Of a stretch of 64,000 bases of DNA, positions 16,156 through 25,094 are shown in pieces. Source of the stretch: a bacterium (GTDB lineage: Bacteria; Patescibacteriota; Minisyncoccia; Minisyncoccales; CG1-02-41-26); the NCBI GenBank assembly GCA_030616605.1, contig JAUWWY010000004.1, positions 1,101 through 65,100 on the forward strand, written 5' to 3'. A program made the translations under genes and the position numbers. The first letter of the stretch is position 1. The number at the start of each line of letters is the position of its first letter. The notes below the pieces were generated by a model that did no database searches, was not told the origin of the DNA, and worked only from the letters and a program-made list of their open reading frames with translations.

Positions 16156-16599
16156 TTATTGATTCAGCTTTAATAGAACAATGAGTTCAAAGGCTTTTTC
16201 AAGAACCTTCTTTGTTTTTTTGGTGAGATTATATTTGTTAATTTCGTTTTTGTTTATCCAGGCAAATGTCTGATGCTCAGGGCTTAATTTTACTTCGGAA
16301 CCATCTGCTGGTTTTACTAAAAAGTTTATCTGGGTAGAATCTCGAATTTCATTTTGTTTTTTAATTTGGTAATCGAAAACCGAAAAAGGCATTATAATTT
16401 CGATATTAAGTCCAGTTTCTTCCATTATTTCACGCCTTAAAGAATCTTCTGATGATTCTAAGGATTCTCTTTTGCCACTTGGTAGTTCCCACATATTTGG
16501 ATAGATACCTTCATTTTTATTACGTTGGAGGATTAAAATTTTGTCGTTTTTCGTTATTACACCGGCTAAAACTATTTTTTGAATAATGTTTTTATTCAT
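16156..16599 (-). CDS. NUDIX hydrolase
   Basis: Nudix box 'GKRESLESSEDSLRREIMEETGL' (G-x5-E-x7-R-E-x2-E-E-x-G). Confidence 0.8.
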   Translation of the reverse strand: MNKNIIQKIVLAGVITKNDKILILQRNKNEGIYPNMWELPSGKRESLESSEDSLRREIMEETGLNIEIIMPFSVFDYQIKKQNEIRDSTQINFLVKPADGSEVKLSPEHQTFAWINKNEINKYNLTKKTKKVLEKAFELIVLLKLNQ

Positions 16600-17849
16600 A
16601 ATAAATCACGATAATTATTAATTACTTTTTTAATTCCACGAATATAAGCATCAACAATTTTTAAATCTTTTTTAAATGCCCAAACTGGAATCTTAATTGC
16701 ATTTTGGTAAAACTTTTCTGCCTTAGGAAAATCACCAGGTTTATAGGAAAAGGGGCTTGTTTTATAGACAGGAAACAATTCGCTTGGATTTTGGAAAAGA
16801 GGAAAGAGGTTTAAGGGTGAAGTTGAACCGGGACGGTCTATTTCAGTTAATCCTTCTGCTTGGAGGGCAGCGAAAAATTTTTCTATAGGTAAATTTTCTA
16901 ACTCCTCTGGTTTATATTGGAAAACAAAACTATACCATGATGATTTAATATTAGATGGAATTTTAGGCAAAGCAACACCTTTAATTTTATTTAATTCTTT
17001 AATAATTTTTTTGGCAAAGAAACTTTTTTTTGCTAAATATTTATCTAAATTTTTAAACATCTCAAAAGCTATCGCAATTGCTAAAGGATGGGCTCTGTAT
17101 TTTAACCCCATTCCCGTTACAGCGTATTTATAGAGAGAGTGATTTTTAGGAATTTCCTGTTTGCACCGTTTATTATAATGTCCTAAAAGTAAAGCTTTAT
17201 AATAGAACTCTTTGTTATTGGTTGTAAGAATTCCCCCCTCTCCGCCACTAACATTTTTAGGACCCTGTAAACTCCAAGCTGCCAAATCGCCGAAAGAACC
17301 TACAACCTTACCTTTGTATTTTGCACCATGAGCATGGGAACAATCTTCAAAAAGTAATAAATTATTTTCTTTACAGATTTTTACGATTTTATCCATCTGG
17401 CAAGGAATTCCCCACATATGAGTTATTACTACCCCTTTTGTTTTTGAGCTTATTTTCTTTCTAATTTCCTTAGGGTCAATATTGCCGTTTTCATCAGAGT
17501 CGCATAGTACTGGTTTGGCGTTAGTAAAAAGAAGAGGTGTAACAGTAGCAAAAAAAGTATAAGCTGGACAAATTACTTCATCTCCCTTTTTCAATCCGGC
17601 AGCTACAAACATTGAATGGATAGCATTTGTTCCAGAATTAAATAAAAGAGCATATTTTCTATTGTGGTATTTAGCAAAAGAATTTTCAAAGTCCTCAAAA
17701 ATACCACTTCGGTCGTAAATAGAAATGCTTTTGTAAAGTTGTTTTGTAACTGCTCTTTCTATCTGTTTAGTAATTACTGGCCAGATAAAATGAGGAGTTT
17801 TTTTATTAATCGTTTTTGGTCCGCCTAAAATAGCTAATTTCGTCTTCAT
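16596..17849 (-). CDS. DegT/DnrJ/EryC1/StrS family sugar aminotransferase (WbpE-like)
   Basis: Fold-type I PLP aminotransferase pattern ('NSGTNAIHSMFVAAGLKKGDEVICPAYTFFATV', 'SLQGPKNVSGGEGG'). 4-nt overlaps with both neighbours. Confidence 0.85.
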   Translation of the reverse strand: MKTKLAILGGPKTINKKTPHFIWPVITKQIERAVTKQLYKSISIYDRSGIFEDFENSFAKYHNRKYALLFNSGTNAIHSMFVAAGLKKGDEVICPAYTFFATVTPLLFTNAKPVLCDSDENGNIDPKEIRKKISSKTKGVVITHMWGIPCQMDKIVKICKENNLLLFEDCSHAHGAKYKGKVVGSFGDLAAWSLQGPKNVSGGEGGILTTNNKEFYYKALLLGHYNKRCKQEIPKNHSLYKYAVTGMGLKYRAHPLAIAIAFEMFKNLDKYLAKKSFFAKKIIKELNKIKGVALPKIPSNIKSSWYSFVFQYKPEELENLPIEKFFAALQAEGLTEIDRPGSTSPLNLFPLFQNPSELFPVYKTSPFSYKPGDFPKAEKFYQNAIKIPVWAFKKDLKIVDAYIRGIKKVINNYRDLL

Positions 17850-18880
17850 AAATTAAGTAAGTCTTTTGGGTTGACATATTGCTGTATATCTCTTGATTTA
17901 TAAGCTGCTTCGATAAAAGCTAAGTGATTAAAATGAAATTCTGGGCTAGAAATATTTTCTTTTTCGTTATGAATTACCTTTACAAAATATTCAAGCTGGT
18001 CTTGGGCTGCTGATGGCCAACTATATTCTCGTTTAAGCGATTCTTGTAATTGTCCTTTTGACGAATAACGTTCAATCTTTCCTCGTTCAATATGAATAAT
18101 CCCCCTTGTACCATATACGTTAAAATGTTCTTGTTTTGGTGGAATAACTCTTGAAATAAGCAACGAGCCCCAGAGATTTCTTTTTTCGTATTGGAAAATA
18201 ACCTGAGCCGTATCTTCGGCATCATAAACAATATTCTCTTTTGCTCCTGATGACATTTCAGCAAAAACTTTATAAGGCAATCCAAAATACCACATTAAAA
18301 GGTCAATTATATGGTATCCCATGTCAATTAGACATCCTCCTGACGATTCTTTTTTACCGCGCCATCCTTTATAAGGTTCTTTTATAAAAAAGGTATATTT
18401 TGCTTCAATGTAAAATGGCTTCCCAATTTTATCGATTAGTTGAAAAAAAGTTGAATAAATAGGGTTAAATCTTCTTTGGAGGGTAGTTGTAATTTGGGTT
18501 TTATTTTTTTCAGCAATACTTTTCAATTCTTTGGCTTCTGATAAAGATACAGCAAACGGCTTTTCTTTAAGAACGTGAATTTTGTTTTCAAGCGCCTTTT
18601 TTGTAATTTCATAATGGATGTAATGGGGCACGGCGATAATAACAAAATCTAGTTTTTGATTCTTTAATAGGTCATCAAAATTATTATATCCTTTGATGTT
18701 TTTATTTTCTTTTATGAAAGAATTTAATTTTTCTTTATCAATTTCAACGACACCAACCAAATCAACATCTTGAGATGCTTTAATAGCTGGAATATGGTCT
18801 TCTAAAGATTGATGGCCGAGACCAATGACTCCAACCTTTAATTTTTTATTTGTTGTTTTCATATCCAAATATGTTAACAA
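17846..18880 (-). CDS. Gfo/Idh/MocA family oxidoreductase (WbpB-like)
   Basis: Rossmann start 'KLKVGVIGLGHQSLEDHIPA' and 'EKPFAVSLSEAKEL'. ATG at 18862 (MKTTNKK...) is a likely alternative start. Confidence 0.85.
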   Translation of the reverse strand: MLTYLDMKTTNKKLKVGVIGLGHQSLEDHIPAIKASQDVDLVGVVEIDKEKLNSFIKENKNIKGYNNFDDLLKNQKLDFVIIAVPHYIHYEITKKALENKIHVLKEKPFAVSLSEAKELKSIAEKNKTQITTTLQRRFNPIYSTFFQLIDKIGKPFYIEAKYTFFIKEPYKGWRGKKESSGGCLIDMGYHIIDLLMWYFGLPYKVFAEMSSGAKENIVYDAEDTAQVIFQYEKRNLWGSLLISRVIPPKQEHFNVYGTRGIIHIERGKIERYSSKGQLQESLKREYSWPSAAQDQLEYFVKVIHNEKENISSPEFHFNHLAFIEAAYKSRDIQQYVNPKDLLNL

Positions 18881-18943
18881 ATTTAACCTTCTATTGCAAA
18901 CTTTTCATTTGTTTTATTTTATCTAACCACTTTTTTTATGTTA

Positions 18944-19134
18944 TAATTACAAGTGAAGAAAAAATTCAAGAATTTATTCTTGAATTTCGACCGAACGAAG
19001 TAATTTCAAGGTTCTACGAGCAGAGCGAGCAGGTTCTTACCTCCGAACAAAGTGAGACAAATTAAATGAGTTTATTCATTTAATTTGCGAACGAGTGAGG
19101 AGGCAAGGTTCTGCCGAAGGCAGGTTCTTATAAT
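18944..19134 (+). repeat. modular intergenic repeat family, locus 1 (two units)
   Basis: Modules are ATAATTACAAGTGAAGAA, hairpin ATTCAAGAAT-tt-ATTCTTGAAT, TTCGACCGAACGAAGTAATT, and AAGGTTCT-N15-CAGGTTCTTA. A second unit has hairpin AAATTAAATGA..TCATTTAATTT and AAGGTTCTGCCGAAGGCAGGTTCTTATAAT. Same family as 26361, 34608 and 43997. Confidence 0.8.
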
Positions 19135-19155
19135 AGAAAAATGTGAAGGGTTAAG

Positions 19156-20112
19156 ATGGCTGAAACAATAAAAAAAATTTTAAATATGTTAAATCCCTTT
19201 GGGGAGTGTAAAAAATACCGGATTTCTCTTTGGCAGTGTCCTCCCTTTCTTTTTGTTTTAATGGGTTTGATTATTATTGGAGTAATTATTGCTACTTACT
19301 TTATAGCTACTTTAAGAATTGATGACCCCAAAATAGTTACTTTAATTGTTTTAGCCATGGCCGCAATTCTGATTGTTATTGATTATATTATAACCAGAAG
19401 TTTTGAGAGAATAAGCGAGGCAAGTCGAATGAAAACAGAATTTATTGATATTATTTCTCATCAGTTAAGAAGCCCCTTAGTCAATCTTAAATATTCTTTA
19501 GAGGTTTTAATATCTAAAAAACACGGAAAAATTTCAAAAAAAGAATTAGAATATTTTAAAATTTTAGATGAGAATATCAAGATAATGGGAAACTTAATAA
19601 ATAATCTCTTGCTTATTTCTCGAATAGAATCAGGAAAACTACCTTTTAAAAAACAAGAATTTTCTCTATCAGAGTTAACCAAAGAGATAATTTTGAAATT
19701 TAAACCTTTTTCTGAGGCCTCAAATGTAAAAATTAAATTAAAAGCTAAAAAAAATCTGCCCAAAGTTTTTGCCGACCCTTTTTGGTTGAGACAAATAATT
19801 AAAAACCTTTTAGATAATGCTATTCGTTATATAAAACAAAAAGGTGAAGTTGAGGTAAAGATTAGTTCAAAACCTAAAAAGCTTTATTTCAAAATTTCTG
19901 ATACTGGGGTGGGAATTCCCAAAAGTGAGCAAAAATATATTTTTCAAAAATTCTTTCGTTCAAAGAATATCTTAAAATATCAAACCCGTGGCTCCGGGCT
20001 TGGTCTTTATATTTCAAAAAGCATCTTGGAGTTAATGGGAGGCAAAATTTGGTTTGAATCCAAAGAAAGAAAAGGAACTACCTTTTACTTTATGTTGCCA
20101 ATTAAAAAATAG
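19156..20112 (+). CDS. sensor histidine kinase (2 TM, HisKA + HATPase_c)
   Basis: H-box 'FIDIISHQLRSPL', N-box 'LLDNAIRY', G-boxes 'DTGVGIP' and 'GSGLGLYISK'. Confidence 0.9.
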   Translation: MAETIKKILNMLNPFGECKKYRISLWQCPPFLFVLMGLIIIGVIIATYFIATLRIDDPKIVTLIVLAMAAILIVIDYIITRSFERISEASRMKTEFIDIISHQLRSPLVNLKYSLEVLISKKHGKISKKELEYFKILDENIKIMGNLINNLLLISRIESGKLPFKKQEFSLSELTKEIILKFKPFSEASNVKIKLKAKKNLPKVFADPFWLRQIIKNLLDNAIRYIKQKGEVEVKISSKPKKLYFKISDTGVGIPKSEQKYIFQKFFRSKNILKYQTRGSGLGLYISKSILELMGGKIWFESKERKGTTFYFMLPIKK

Positions 20113-20142
20113 GAGAACAGTTCCCATATGAGGACAGTTCTC
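20112..20142. promoter_or_regulatory. two degenerate copies of the ACAGTTCTC palindrome half-site between kinase and receiver genes
   Basis: GGAGAACAGTTCC catatga GGACAGTTCTC, followed by AAAAAGGTCTAA. Starts at the kinase stop codon. Confidence 0.45.
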
Positions 20143-20170
20143 AAAAAGGTCTAACCATAATCTAAATATT

Positions 20171-20539
20171 ATGAAAACAATATTATTCATTGAAGATGAA
20201 TCAGTTCTACAAAAGACTTTTAGAGATGTTTTGGAAAAAGAAGGTTATAAAATAATAACTGCTTTAGATGGTGAGATTGGTTTAAGATTAGTTAAAGAGA
20301 AAAAGCCGAATCTTGTTTTATTAGATCTTGTTTTACCAAAAATGGACGGATTTGAAGTTTTGAAAGAATTGAAAGAGAATAAAGAAACAAAAGATATCCC
20401 GGTAATTATTTTAACTAATCTTGAAAAAAGTGAAGATGTGGATAAAGCTTTGGAGCTTGGAGCTACAACTTATTTAGTTAAAGCAAATTACGAACTGAAA
20501 GAAGTGGTGGAAAAAGTAAAAAAAACCCTTAGAGAATAA
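20171..20539 (+). CDS. response regulator, receiver domain only (CheY-like)
   Basis: 122 aa. 'ILFIEDE', 'LVLLDLVLPKMDG', 'PVIILTN' and 'LVKA' receiver motifs. No output domain. Confidence 0.9.
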   Translation: MKTILFIEDESVLQKTFRDVLEKEGYKIITALDGEIGLRLVKEKKPNLVLLDLVLPKMDGFEVLKELKENKETKDIPVIILTNLEKSEDVDKALELGATTYLVKANYELKEVVEKVKKTLRE

Positions 20540-20550
20540 AATCACGAAAC

Positions 20551-22296
20551 ATGCGGGTAGAACCTCAACAATTAAAAGCCTTTATGCTTGATGCTGGTTT
20601 AATTAAGGAGAGTCAGTTTGACAAGGTTCTAAAAGAAGCTCAAAAAAAAGACAAAAAAATTGAAGAACTTTTAGTTGAAAAAAATCTAATTCCTCAAGAA
20701 GACCTGATAAGACTTGAGGCATATATTTTGGGTATTCCTTTTGTCAATTTAGAAAAGGAAAAAGTAGACCCTAAAGTTTTAGAAATTATCCCCGAACCAA
20801 TTGTAAGGTCACACAATATTGTGGCTTTTCGAAAGAAAGGCAAGAATCTGGAAGTTGCAATGCTTGATCCAGAAGACCTAAAGACCATTGAATTTATTAA
20901 GAAAAAAGCCGACTTGAAAATTTTGCCGAGATTAACCACTCCTAAGAGCATTAAAAATGTACTCTCCCAATACCAGGAAACTCTTCAAACTGAGTTTGGA
21001 GAGATTATAAAAAAGGAGGCAGTTGAGATAAGGAAAGTTCCGGAAAAAGAAGAAGAGAAGAAAGCAGATTTAGAGAAGAAAGCTCAAGAACTACCAATAA
21101 TAAGAATTGTTGATACTCTTCTTAAGCATGCAATTCTTCAAAGAGGTTCTGATATTCATATTGAGCCAATGGAAAAAGAAGTTTTGATTAGATACCGAAT
21201 TGACGGAATTTTACACGATGCCATGACCTTGCCTGTCACCACTAAGTCGGGAATTGTAGCCAGAATTAAAGTTTTAAGTAAATTGAAATTAGATGAACAC
21301 CGCCTGCCCCAAGACGGCCGTTTTAAGATAGAAACCGAAGATTACAGATATTCTTGCCGAGTTTCAATTCTGCCGGTTTTCAATGGAGAAAAAGTTGTAA
21401 TAAGACTTTTAGCCGAAACTGCAAAAGGCTATACCCTTGAAGGATTGGGTTTAAGAGGGGCGGACTTAGAGAGCGTAGAGAGAGCTCTAAAGAAACCAGT
21501 AGGAATGATTTTGATTACCGGTCCTACTGGTTGTGGTAAAACAACAACTTTGTATTCAATGATGGAAATTTTAAATGTTCCAGGAGTGAATATTTCAACC
21601 ATAGAAGACCCAATAGAATATAGAATGCCAAGAGTAAATCAGACCCAGGTTTATTCAAAAATTGGTTTAACTTTTGCTTCGGGACTTCGGTCTTTGTTAA
21701 GGCAGGACCCAGATATTTTGATGGTTGGTGAAATTAGGGATGAAGAAACTGCTTCCTTGGCCATTAATGCTGCTTTAACCGGCCACCTTGTTCTTTCTAC
21801 TCTTCATACAAATTCAGCAGTTGGGGCCATACCTCGATTAATTGATATGGGGGTTGAACCGTTTTTATTATCTTCTACCTTAAATTTAGTTTTAGCTCAA
21901 AGATTAATTAGAAGATTGTGTGAAGAAAAGGAAAAATACAAACTAAAGGAAACTGAATTGAACAACTTAAGCAAATATTGCGATTTAAAAAAGATAGAAG
22001 AGGTATTAAGAAATGAGAAAATCTTGAAAGAAAAACAAGCTTTAAAGAATATTGAATTTTATCGACCCAAATCTTCAAAAGAGTGTTCCGAGGGTTATAG
22101 AGACAGGATTGGAATTTTTGAAATTTTGGAAATTTCAGAATCTATAAAAGAACTTATCCAAAAAAGGGCAAGTACTGATGAGATTCAAAAAAGAGCCCAG
22201 AAAGAAGGAATGCGGTTGATGATTGAGGATGGATTTTGCAAAGCAACCCAAAAGATTACCTCAATTGAGGAGGTTTTAAGGGTAATTATTGAATAA
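20551..22296 (+). CDS. pilB: type IV pilus assembly ATPase (GspE/PilB family)
   Basis: Walker A 'GPTGCGKTTT', 'IEDPIE', Walker B 'ILMVGEIRD' and 'GHLVLSTLHTN'. Confidence 0.9.
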   Translation: MRVEPQQLKAFMLDAGLIKESQFDKVLKEAQKKDKKIEELLVEKNLIPQEDLIRLEAYILGIPFVNLEKEKVDPKVLEIIPEPIVRSHNIVAFRKKGKNLEVAMLDPEDLKTIEFIKKKADLKILPRLTTPKSIKNVLSQYQETLQTEFGEIIKKEAVEIRKVPEKEEEKKADLEKKAQELPIIRIVDTLLKHAILQRGSDIHIEPMEKEVLIRYRIDGILHDAMTLPVTTKSGIVARIKVLSKLKLDEHRLPQDGRFKIETEDYRYSCRVSILPVFNGEKVVIRLLAETAKGYTLEGLGLRGADLESVERALKKPVGMILITGPTGCGKTTTLYSMMEILNVPGVNISTIEDPIEYRMPRVNQTQVYSKIGLTFASGLRSLLRQDPDILMVGEIRDEETASLAINAALTGHLVLSTLHTNSAVGAIPRLIDMGVEPFLLSSTLNLVLAQRLIRRLCEEKEKYKLKETELNNLSKYCDLKKIEEVLRNEKILKEKQALKNIEFYRPKSSKECSEGYRDRIGIFEILEISESIKELIQKRASTDEIQKRAQKEGMRLMIEDGFCKATQKITSIEEVLRVIIE

Positions 22297-23534
22297 TGCC
22301 TAAATATTTTTATAAAGCCAAAAATCTTCAAGGAAAAGAAGAATCAGGAAGTTTGAGTGCTAAAGACAAACGTCATTTAGCCGGAATCCTTCATCGGAAG
22401 GGATATTTTTTAGTATCAGCCGAAGTTGAAGGAGAAATTGAGGAAACAAAAAGCGAAAAATTTCAAATTTCAAAGTTTGATTTACTCAAAAAGTTCAGCC
22501 GAGTCTCCCTGACTGAAAAATTGTTTTTTACCAGAAATCTTGAGGTAATGATAAAAACCGGTGTCCCCTTGCCTCGAGCTTTCAGAATTTTATCAGCCCA
22601 AATTAAAAGTGAAAAATTTAAAAAAGCTTTAATAGGAATTTCAGAGAGAATAATTAAAGGAGAAAGTCTTTCTAAAGCCATGAGTTTTTTTCCTGATGTT
22701 TTTTCTGAGCTATATCAAGAAACTTTGAAAGTTGGTGAGGAAACTGGTAAATTGGAATACAGTTTACAGGTCTTAAGCAATCAGATGGAAAGAGAACACA
22801 ATTTAAAATCCCAGATTAAAACAGCCATGGTTTATCCAATAATGGTTTTGTGTGTAACTCTTCTTATTGGAGTATTGATGATGATATTTGTTGTTCCAAA
22901 CCTTAAGACAGCATTTGAAGAATTAGGCGTTGAACTCCCTTTTACCACCCAGGTTATTCTTTCTTTGGCTGATTTTTTAAGCGAGAAATTTCCTATTGCT
23001 ATTTTAATTATAGTTGTTTTAGTTTTTGGTTTAATTTTAGCATTAAGAAGTAAGAAAGGGGGAAAGTTCAAATCAAAAATTTCTTTGAAAATTCCTATTA
23101 TATCTAAAATTATCAAACAAGTTAATTCTGCTCTAACCCTAAGAACCCTTAGTTCTCTTCTGAAATCAGGAGTACCGATTGTTCGTTCTCTGGAAATAAC
23201 CTCTGGAGCTTTAACTAATTTTTATTTTAAAAAATCATTAAAAGAAGCAGCCGAGCTTATTGAAAAGGGGCAAAAGCTTTCCCAAATCCTTAAGCCCTAT
23301 GCCGACCTTTACTCGCCCATGGTCTTGCAAATGATAAAAGTTGGGGAAGAAACAGGTGCAACTTCTGAAGTTTTAGAAAAATTAGCTGAGTTTTATGAAG
23401 AAGAGACAAGAAATGCGACTCAAAAACTCTCTTCATTTATTGAACCGGTTCTTATTCTATTTGTTGGAGGAATAGTCGGATTTTTTGTAATTTCAATGAT
23501 GCAGCCAATGTTTAGCATAATGGGAGGAATGTAA
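22296..23534 (+). CDS. pilC: type IV pilus platform protein (GspF/PilC family)
   Basis: Two T2SSF repeats ('LEVMIKTGVPLPRAF', 'LSSLLKSGVPIVRSL') and 3 TM segments. Start overlaps the pilB stop. Confidence 0.9.
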   Translation: MPKYFYKAKNLQGKEESGSLSAKDKRHLAGILHRKGYFLVSAEVEGEIEETKSEKFQISKFDLLKKFSRVSLTEKLFFTRNLEVMIKTGVPLPRAFRILSAQIKSEKFKKALIGISERIIKGESLSKAMSFFPDVFSELYQETLKVGEETGKLEYSLQVLSNQMEREHNLKSQIKTAMVYPIMVLCVTLLIGVLMMIFVVPNLKTAFEELGVELPFTTQVILSLADFLSEKFPIAILIIVVLVFGLILALRSKKGGKFKSKISLKIPIISKIIKQVNSALTLRTLSSLLKSGVPIVRSLEITSGALTNFYFKKSLKEAAELIEKGQKLSQILKPYADLYSPMVLQMIKVGEETGATSEVLEKLAEFYEEETRNATQKLSSFIEPVLILFVGGIVGFFVISMMQPMFSIMGGM

Positions 23535-23542
23535 TTAAAATT

Positions 23543-24034
23543 ATGAAAGGTCTTAGTCTAATTGAATTATTAGTGGTTATCGGAGTTTTGATTATTTTAG
23601 CGGCTGTTGCTATTCCGGCTGTTTACAATTTTCAAAAAGAATCAGATTTAAATGATAATACCAGAGGAATTATTAATACTTTAAAATTGGCTCGAAGTAA
23701 AACATTAGGTTCAGAGGGAGCCAGCCAATGGGGAGTTTATTTTACTACTTCAACCATTCCTCATCAATATATTTTATTTAAAGGAGCAAGCTATTATTCT
23801 CCTCGTTCTACTTCTTCAGATGAGGTTTTCAAACTCTCAAAAACAACCGAATTTTCTAAAATAGATTTAGCCGGAGAGAAAGAAGTGGTTTTTAATCGAC
23901 TAACCGGTGAAACTTACCAAGCCGGTAAGATTTTTTTGAGATTAAAAGAAACTCCTGCCAAATTGAGAATAATTTATATTAAAGATTCCGGGCTAGTAGG
24001 ACTAAGTACCTCTTCTATTTCTAATGAAGAGTGA
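23543..24034 (+). CDS. prepilin-type N-terminal cleavage/methylation domain protein (pilin candidate)
   Basis: 'MKG|LSLIELLVVIGVLIILAAVAIP' has Gly-1 and Glu+5. Confidence 0.8.
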   Translation: MKGLSLIELLVVIGVLIILAAVAIPAVYNFQKESDLNDNTRGIINTLKLARSKTLGSEGASQWGVYFTTSTIPHQYILFKGASYYSPRSTSSDEVFKLSKTTEFSKIDLAGEKEVVFNRLTGETYQAGKIFLRLKETPAKLRIIYIKDSGLVGLSTSSISNEE

Positions 24035-24537
24035 CTGTTATGGCAATAAATAAAAGGCAAAATTCAAAAGGAGTAAGTTTGCTTGGACTTTTAATAGTTG
24101 TTGCCATTATTACGACTGGCTTGGTTTATCTTTTAGGAATATTTAGTTTTTCCATAAGGATTGCTGGGTCAGAAAAACAGCTCAGCCAAGCAAATTTTAT
24201 AGCTCAGGAAGCTATGGAGGGAGTGAGAAATTTCAGGGATGGAACAAATTGGCAAGAAGATGGATTGGGAACATTGATTACCTCCATCAGCTATCATTTA
24301 GAAAAAACAGGTATTCCCTTAGAATGGATTCTTTTCCCTGAGGAAAAAACAACAAATGGTTTTAAACAAATAATTATTTTTGATGATGCTAGACGTAATC
24401 TAAATGATGATATTGTGGAGAATGGAGGAGAGATTGATTCCAATACCAAAAAGGTAACTGTTTCTGTATCTTGGACTGAGAGAGGAAAACCTTATCAAAT
24501 AGAGTTGATCACTTTTTTAACTAATTGGCAAGAATGA
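24031..24537 (+). CDS. pilin-like protein (degenerate class III signal)
   Basis: 'NSKG|VSLLGLLIVVAIITTGL' lacks Glu+5. Operon position supports the call. ATG at 24040 is a possible start. Confidence 0.55.
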   Translation: MTVMAINKRQNSKGVSLLGLLIVVAIITTGLVYLLGIFSFSIRIAGSEKQLSQANFIAQEAMEGVRNFRDGTNWQEDGLGTLITSISYHLEKTGIPLEWILFPEEKTTNGFKQIIIFDDARRNLNDDIVENGGEIDSNTKKVTVSVSWTERGKPYQIELITFLTNWQE

Positions 24538-25094
24538 AATTAAACAACAAGAGACAAGCGAAAAGAGACAAGAAAAAGGGTTTTACTTTACTTGAGATGT
24601 CAGTTTATGTTGCAGTTTTTTTAATTATCACTGTAGTGATTTATTCATTTATTGTTTGGCTTACCCATTCCAATATTAAAGCTCAGGCAATAAGAGAAAC
24701 CTTAGATAGTGTTAGTGGAGCTATGGGAAGAATGATTTATGAAATAAGAAGTGCCCAAAGCATTTATAGTCCAACTGCCACCTCAAGCCAACTTTCATTA
24801 GAAACCCTTCATTATTTACCAGAGGGACAATCTTCTACTTCTATTGATTTTTTTCTCTGTGGAACTGCTTCCACCACCCTTTGTCTTAGAAAAGAATCTC
24901 AAGACCCCATTGCCTTAACCTCAGACAAAGTAGAAATAAAAAATTTAAGTTTCAGCCAAATTGCCACTGCCACCACCAGTCCATCAATCCAAATCAGCCT
25001 GGAAGCAAGTTATAAAAATCCTTCTGATTTACCTGAATACCGGGCTTCAGTCAATGTAACCTCTACTGCCTCCTTGAGGACATTTCAAAAATGA
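24525..25094 (+). CDS. prepilin-type minor pilin
   Basis: 'KKKG|FTLLEMSVYVAVFLIITVV' has Glu+5. Confidence 0.7.
   Translation: MARMKLNNKRQAKRDKKKGFTLLEMSVYVAVFLIITVVIYSFIVWLTHSNIKAQAIRETLDSVSGAMGRMIYEIRSAQSIYSPTATSSQLSLETLHYLPEGQSSTSIDFFLCGTASTTLCLRKESQDPIALTSDKVEIKNLSFSQIATATTSPSIQISLEASYKNPSDLPEYRASVNVTSTASLRTFQK

Noticed and set aside
18850-19065. ORFs 18850..19065, 26323..26580 and 43769..44104, with peptides such as 'EEKIQEFILEFRPNEVI.RF.E.SEQVL'
   Set aside because: The shared 'protein' similarity is just translation of the intergenic repeat modules. Frames are not conserved between loci, and the ORFs overlap real gene ends.
18944-19134. CRISPR array interpretation of the repeated intergenic modules
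   Set aside because: The units are heterogeneous modules rather than identical repeats separated by unique spacers of constant length. There are at most two units per locus, and no cas genes are nearby.
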